A stretch of 64,000 nt of DNA from a virus (Duplodnaviria; Caudoviricetes), in IMG/VR virus record IMGVR_UViG_3300037067_003476, positions 64,001 to 128,000 of that record. One strand, written 5' to 3'. The notes under the pieces are model-generated. The model saw only the letters and a list, made by a program, of their open reading frames with translations, ran no database searches and was not told where the DNA came from. Below are positions 59,355-64,000 of this stretch, in pieces (the first letter of the stretch is position 1; the number at the start of each line of letters is the position of its first letter). Position numbers and translations under genes: made by a program.

Positions 59355-60418
59355 TACGAGCGATAGACACTAATACTCATTTGACTTTCAATGATGTTCT
59401 GCTTGAACCATATGATTTAGATATATGCGCTATTCCGTCTCGCAGTGCTCCTGATATATCAACTAAGATAAGTTCAAACCTGTTTCTAGATGTACCTATC
59501 GTGTCATCACCCATGGATAGTATAACCGGCGTAGATATGGCCATAGCAATGTCTAATGCTGGTGGCATGGGAATATATACCAGACACATTAATGATGAAT
59601 ACGAAGAACAAAAACAGTGTATTGCAGTACAAAGAATACGCGAATCAGTTGGTGTGGATGGTGTTGTCGCATGCGCTATTGGCGTAAAATGTGATATTGT
59701 TAAAAGAACAGAATTACTGCATAAGCACGGATCAATTAATGCCATATGTTTAGACATAGCTAATGGTAATCATATCTTTATGATAAATGCAATTAGGAGT
59801 CTTTTGCCACTTAAGGACAAGTATGGCATTACAATTATTGCTGGTAATGTTGCAACACCAATGGCTGCGATAAGATTGGCCAATGCCGGTGCCGACTCAA
59901 TTCGCGTAGGAATCGGGCCTGGCGCAGCGTGTACTACGCGACGAATAACTGGATTTGGCGTTCCTCAATTTTCTGCTATATTAGATTGTGCAAATGCACT
60001 AGAAAATAAAAATGTAACAATCATAGCAGATGGCGGAATCCGTTTTCCCGGAGACGCTATTAAGGGTTTATGGGCTGGTGCCAGTGCCATAATGATGGGA
60101 TATGTTTTAGCAGGACATCGAGAATGTCCAAAAATTAGCGATGTTCCATGGAAAGCTGTTGATATCCCAAGACGAATATATAGGGGAATGTCAAGTAGGA
60201 ATGTAAGTAGAAGATTTGACGTAACGGCGGAAGGAGTAAGTTTCGATATTCCAGAGAAAGGGAAGGTTGGAGATACAATTCTTGAGTACGAAGGCTCGAT
60301 AAAATCTGCGTGTACATATGCTAATGCCATGGATCTAAATGGACTACGCAATAACGTTCGCGCCATCAGGGTGTCAACAATGAGCCAACAAGAATCAGAT
60401 CCTATTAGAGGAGAATGA
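59351..60418 (+). CDS. IMP dehydrogenase / GMP reductase family (no CBS domain)
   Basis: LTFNDVLL, SSPMDS, AGNVAT, GIGPGAACTTR, IIADGGI, YRGMSS. Confidence 0.88.
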   Translation: MIRAIDTNTHLTFNDVLLEPYDLDICAIPSRSAPDISTKISSNLFLDVPIVSSPMDSITGVDMAIAMSNAGGMGIYTRHINDEYEEQKQCIAVQRIRESVGVDGVVACAIGVKCDIVKRTELLHKHGSINAICLDIANGNHIFMINAIRSLLPLKDKYGITIIAGNVATPMAAIRLANAGADSIRVGIGPGAACTTRRITGFGVPQFSAILDCANALENKNVTIIADGGIRFPGDAIKGLWAGASAIMMGYVLAGHRECPKISDVPWKAVDIPRRIYRGMSSRNVSRRFDVTAEGVSFDIPEKGKVGDTILEYEGSIKSACTYANAMDLNGLRNNVRAIRVSTMSQQESDPIRGE

Positions 60419-60419
60419 A

Positions 60420-60575
60420 ATGAGACAATTAATTATGGATTGGACCTATTACTACCCGCTTATCATAACACGAGATTTTGTCGGATTGACAGGTCTCGCA
60501 TTGGCACATGTCTTTTGTGTGTTAGACGATAAGGCCGAGCGATACGAAAGGGAAAGTTTTTGGGGGCGCAAATGA
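60420..60575 (+). CDS. Small hypothetical protein (51 aa)
   Basis: GAGGAG SD; fills the gap between operon genes. Confidence 0.4.
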   Translation: MRQLIMDWTYYYPLIITRDFVGLTGLALAHVFCVLDDKAERYERESFWGRK

Positions 60576-60664
60576 TAATAGCATATGTATTGTCTATATA
60601 TTACGCGTTGTTGTGGCTAATATTCCTTGGTGGAGACGGCCCATGGTCTCCCAATTTCTTTTGA
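60572..60664 (+). CDS. Small hydrophobic peptide (30 aa)
   Basis: ATGA overlap; MIIAYVLSIYYALLWLIFLGGDGPWSPNFF. Confidence 0.35.
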   Translation: MIIAYVLSIYYALLWLIFLGGDGPWSPNFF

Positions 60665-60674
60665 AGGTATCGTC

Positions 60675-61331
60675 ATGAAGATAGTAAAACCTAGTGTGGA
60701 ATTGATATCTATCACTCCTGATGCTGAAAAACTAATCGAACGCGCAGGACGAACATGTTATAAAAGCGAAGACAAAATAATCGGCGGATCTGCCGCTAAG
60801 TTTATCAAAATGATTCTTGAGAGAGGGCATGAGTCGGTAATTGAACATGCATCGGCGTCGTTCAAAATAGTTTCAGATCGCGGCGTACTAAATGAGGTAG
60901 TCAGACATAGAATTGCAAGCTATAGTCAAACCAGCACTAGATATGTTAATTACTCCAATGGTAAATTTAATAAAGAAATTTCTGTGATCGAACCGCCAGG
61001 ATTATCACAATGTTACGATCCAAGATTTCATGGTTGTATTAGAACAGACCTGTCATGTTGTCCATGGCACTCGTGGTCAGCATCTGTTCAAAGAGCCGAG
61101 GATTCGTATATGCAAATGATAGATCAAGGAATGTCTCCACAAATAGCCCGTTCTGTTTTACCATTATGTCTAGCAAGCGAACTGATTATGACCGCTAATA
61201 TGAGGGAATGGCGTCACTTCATTAAACTGCGAACATCTAAGGCTGCACATCCACAAATGATAGAGATTGCAACAATGATTCGAGATAAGCTTATTGAAGT
61301 TGCCCCGAGCGTGTTTGGAGATCTAGCATGA
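60675..61331 (+). CDS. thyX: FAD-dependent thymidylate synthase
   Basis: GHESVIEH, RHRIASYSQTSTRY (RHRx7S), ARSVLP, NMREWRHFIKLR. Confidence 0.95.
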   Translation: MKIVKPSVELISITPDAEKLIERAGRTCYKSEDKIIGGSAAKFIKMILERGHESVIEHASASFKIVSDRGVLNEVVRHRIASYSQTSTRYVNYSNGKFNKEISVIEPPGLSQCYDPRFHGCIRTDLSCCPWHSWSASVQRAEDSYMQMIDQGMSPQIARSVLPLCLASELIMTANMREWRHFIKLRTSKAAHPQMIEIATMIRDKLIEVAPSVFGDLA

Positions 61332-61801
61332 TAGAAATCCTCGTTGGTGTTCCAGGGTGTGGAAAAAGCACATATGCAAAATCCAAAGCTAGGATTGGAT
61401 GGATAGTTGTGGATTTAGACGCCATAGTAACTATGTTGCATGGTGGTGATTACACGCAATACGACGAAAATCTTAATGGACTATATAAAGCGATACAGAA
61501 CAATATTATCCAATCGGCATTGCTAGCTCATTTAGATATAGTTGTGGATAGGTGTAACAATCTTTCAAGCACTAGAAGGCAAATCATCGATCTGGCAAAA
61601 CAGTTCAATGTCCCAGTCAACATTATTTATTGGCCATATTGCGACGAAAATTTTGACTTACTTCTATCAAGGCGTATGAAAAATAGCCGTGGGTACGACA
61701 AACGAAGGTGGTCGGAAGTCATTCTTAGAATTGGTAATGCCATGGAACCGCCGACAGATCAAGAGGTAGAAAGTGTGTGTGGACATGTATATATCGCATA
61801 A
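61328..61801 (+). CDS. P-loop kinase (AAA_33 / polynucleotide kinase-like)
   Basis: GVPGCGKST, D.D.I, VVDRCN....R. Confidence 0.8.
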   Translation: MIEILVGVPGCGKSTYAKSKARIGWIVVDLDAIVTMLHGGDYTQYDENLNGLYKAIQNNIIQSALLAHLDIVVDRCNNLSSTRRQIIDLAKQFNVPVNIIYWPYCDENFDLLLSRRMKNSRGYDKRRWSEVILRIGNAMEPPTDQEVESVCGHVYIA

Positions 61802-61877
61802 TCGCGAAATTCAAACTGCGTAAGCGAGTATACATTGATGTGTCTGTGTAGTAGTCAAAACAAAGAGGAGTCCTGTA

Positions 61878-62813
61878 GTGTTGAAAAATCTTGTGTCAAA
61901 ACTAGCCTTCGGTTTTCTTTTTATCCTGGTCGTAATTGGCGCGTCACCTTTTCTCGGACTAGCGATCCTAGAATTCGCGAATAATCTTGAGTCATCACAA
62001 CCACTATCAAAGGTATCTACCGATATAGTCAATGATATCGCCGAATTATCGGTAACAATAGATACTGGTTCGGCACAGGGTTCGGGGGTTATTATTAATC
62101 GTGGTAAGTATAGTTTTGTCTTGACGGCAGGACATGTGATTAGCGATTCTAAGACAATTAGGAGAACAATCAACGACTGTGATGTGATTGAATTCGACGA
62201 CGTTAACGTGTTACGAGACATATCGTCATATGGTCGAAAGGTAGGTCAAACATCAGTCGCCGCCAAGGTTGTATGCTATTCGGACCCAACATATGGCGAA
62301 GACTTAGCAATATTGCTCGTTCGACAAGAAGGTTTCTCGTATAAGGCAATTGAGTTTTGCGATACAGATAGCGTACCACAATACGGAGCTAAACTATATC
62401 ACGTTGGTTCGTTTAAGGGGAAAAGCGGGTCTAATAGTTTGTCTGACGGCCTCATTAGTTACATAGGGAGGGTCTATAACGGCAGTGTTTACGACCAAAC
62501 TTCGTGTACCGCATTTCCAGGTTCTAGCGGTGGCGGCATGTTCATACGAGATACCGGGAAGTATGTTGGCATGATCGTGCTTGGTAGTGGGGAAACCTAC
62601 AACCTTATTGTTCCGGTTCGCCGAATTAAGAAGTGGGTAGACAATATTGGTATGAGTTTTCTGTTAGACCCAACACTACCGGTCCCAAACGAGGACGCAT
62701 TGTCTCTGGTTCCAATTGAGTATCCGACAAGCGAGAACAAAGTGGATTCCGAGATAGATGTATTTGATACAAGCGAAAACGAAGGCTTTAAGAGGCTACC
62801 ATATATCGAGTGA
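61878..62813 (+). CDS. Trypsin-like serine protease with N-terminal membrane anchor
   Basis: GSGV, LTAGHV, DLAIL, PGSSGGG catalytic triad motifs. Confidence 0.88.
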   Translation: MLKNLVSKLAFGFLFILVVIGASPFLGLAILEFANNLESSQPLSKVSTDIVNDIAELSVTIDTGSAQGSGVIINRGKYSFVLTAGHVISDSKTIRRTINDCDVIEFDDVNVLRDISSYGRKVGQTSVAAKVVCYSDPTYGEDLAILLVRQEGFSYKAIEFCDTDSVPQYGAKLYHVGSFKGKSGSNSLSDGLISYIGRVYNGSVYDQTSCTAFPGSSGGGMFIRDTGKYVGMIVLGSGETYNLIVPVRRIKKWVDNIGMSFLLDPTLPVPNEDALSLVPIEYPTSENKVDSEIDVFDTSENEGFKRLPYIE

Positions 62814-62816
62814 ACG

Positions 62817-62990
62817 ATGAGATACGAAATAGACAAAAGTAATCACAAAGAATACACAAAGTGCAGTATTTGTGGTAGGCAAATAAAGCCGTGGGAAATC
62901 ACTAGGGTGGATGGTAGACCAGTGTGTAGAAAGTGTTTCGAGGAAAATAACGAAGAGGACGACGGATATGAACAAGGCCGATTTCGTTAA
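62817..62990 (+). CDS. Small zinc-finger protein (57 aa)
   Basis: CSICG...VCRKCF; below the ORF-track size cut-off. Confidence 0.6.
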   Translation: MRYEIDKSNHKEYTKCSICGRQIKPWEITRVDGRPVCRKCFEENNEEDDGYEQGRFR

Positions 62991-63648
62991 GATAACAGAC
63001 TATACGCTACTATCGCCAGCAGCAACGTATCATGAGATTCGTCAATTATGTGACGAAGCAAGTAGGATAGGTTTCGGGGCAATATGTGTGCATCCGACAC
63101 ACGTATTGAAATGCAGTGGTTTTCTTGCAAAATCGCCGGTGCGCATCTGCTGTGTCGTTGGTTTTCCAATGGGTGCAAATCATCAGTCTACCAAGATTCG
63201 AGAAGCTGTACGGGCAATTAATGACGGTGCAACAGAAATCGATATGGTCATTAATCTCGGCAAGTTGGTTAGTGGGGATACATTATCGGTAGCAAAAGAA
63301 ATAGAACTTATATCGAATGAAGTACATAGCGCCGCCAAAACCAACGTACTTAAGGTAATCATAGAATCAGCCGCCCTCACAAGGAATCAAGTTATCGACG
63401 CGTGCCAATGTGCGGTTTATGGTGTCGCAGATTTTGTGAAGACATCGACTGGGTTTCACCCCGCTGGCGGTGCATCAGCAAATGATGTGTTACTAATTAA
63501 ATCCCATTGCGAAAATCTTGGTGTCAAGGCGTCTGGCGGAATAAAAACATTGGTAGATGTAAGGGTCATGATAGCGGCTGGTGCGTCTAGGCTCGGTATC
63601 GGCCGTAATAGTAGTTTGGCAATACTAAAGGAATTTGAGCAGCAATGA
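62968..63648 (+). CDS. deoC: Deoxyribose-phosphate aldolase
   Basis: VVGFPMG, GATEIDMVIN, LKVIIE, FVKTSTG (Schiff-base Lys), GVKASGGI. Confidence 0.93.
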   Translation: MNKADFVKITDYTLLSPAATYHEIRQLCDEASRIGFGAICVHPTHVLKCSGFLAKSPVRICCVVGFPMGANHQSTKIREAVRAINDGATEIDMVINLGKLVSGDTLSVAKEIELISNEVHSAAKTNVLKVIIESAALTRNQVIDACQCAVYGVADFVKTSTGFHPAGGASANDVLLIKSHCENLGVKASGGIKTLVDVRVMIAAGASRLGIGRNSSLAILKEFEQQ

Positions 63649-63860
63649 CATATCCGACAATAGACGAGGTTTACGCCGCTGATCAACGAAAACTTGGTAT
63701 CTGGTATAGATTTCTTCCATCTCCTGGACAATCTGCCGTTGGAACTAAAAACTTCGGAAACCAACTACGGTCAGAGGGACATATTATGGATGTTATATGT
63801 TATAGATTTAGAGCGATGGGTGGTATGACTCCAGCATTGAGCAAGGAAATCGGATGGTAA
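63645..63860 (+). CDS. Hypothetical phage protein
   Basis: WYRFLPSPG...GGMTPALSKEIGW; coupled ORF. Confidence 0.6.
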   Translation: MTYPTIDEVYAADQRKLGIWYRFLPSPGQSAVGTKNFGNQLRSEGHIMDVICYRFRAMGGMTPALSKEIGW

Positions 63861-64000
63861 CAAAAAGGGCATTTGTCGCATGCACCAACCCGTTAACCGG
63901 GCAGTGGCTCCCTATAGGTATCTTGTCGCACGACGGAAAAGTATTTAGTTTTTGTTACACCAATGGGATAAAGTTCTGCGATGGTTTTTACCTACCAGGA
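63854..64000 (+). CDS. Partial ORF resembling the N-terminus of HIRAN/HipA-coupled proteins
   Basis: AFVACTNPLTGQWLPIGILSHDGKVFSFCYTNG; truncated by the window end. Confidence 0.45.
   Translation, partial: MVTKRAFVACTNPLTGQWLPIGILSHDGKVFSFCYTNGIKFCDGFYLPG

Noticed and set aside
62911-62967. N-terminal extension of DeoC given in the ORF track
   Set aside because: Overlaps a more plausible 57-aa zinc-finger ORF; DeoC similarity begins at ATG 62968
1-64000. CRISPR array, tRNA genes, integrase, reverse transcriptase/DGR, tail sheath
   Set aside because: None recognised by eye; intergenic spaces are short. tRNAscan-SE and Infernal were not run

Overview
This window is part of a large tailed dsDNA bacteriophage genome (about 41% GC by eye, standard genetic code, long tape measure and no sheath, so probably a siphovirus). 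It has three blocks. (1) 1-8495, + strand: a glycosyltransferase/methyltransferase cluster ending in a Rad52-like annealing protein and a protein matching plant Whirly ssDNA-binding proteins. (2) 8476-54567, - strand: the late/morphogenesis block, with a sigma-like factor, a CgeB-type glycosyltransferase, a free-standing LAGLIDADG endonuclease, gmd, an ERCC4 nuclease, TerL with a mini-intein, portal, protease/scaffold, major capsid protein, a 2556-aa LamG/propeller protein, neck, tail tube, tape measure and tail-tip genes. Eight of these genes are preceded by a GTGTATAA motif. (3) 54674-64000, + strand: DNA methylase, RNA ligase, MazG-like protein, deaminase, IMPDH/GMPR, ThyX, kinase, serine protease and DeoC. 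Top candidate for a new system: gmd is broken at codon 12 by GTT-TA-GTT (matched Val codons around a TAG), directly downstream of the homing endonuclease gene, which mirrors the T4 mobA/gene 60 endonuclease-plus-ribosomal-bypass cassette with a 5-nt hop. Other highlights are Ser-Gly enrichment in presumed surface virion proteins alongside at least six glycosyltransferases (possible virion glycosylation) and the phage Whirly-like protein. All calls come from reading motifs by eye; no database searches were run.
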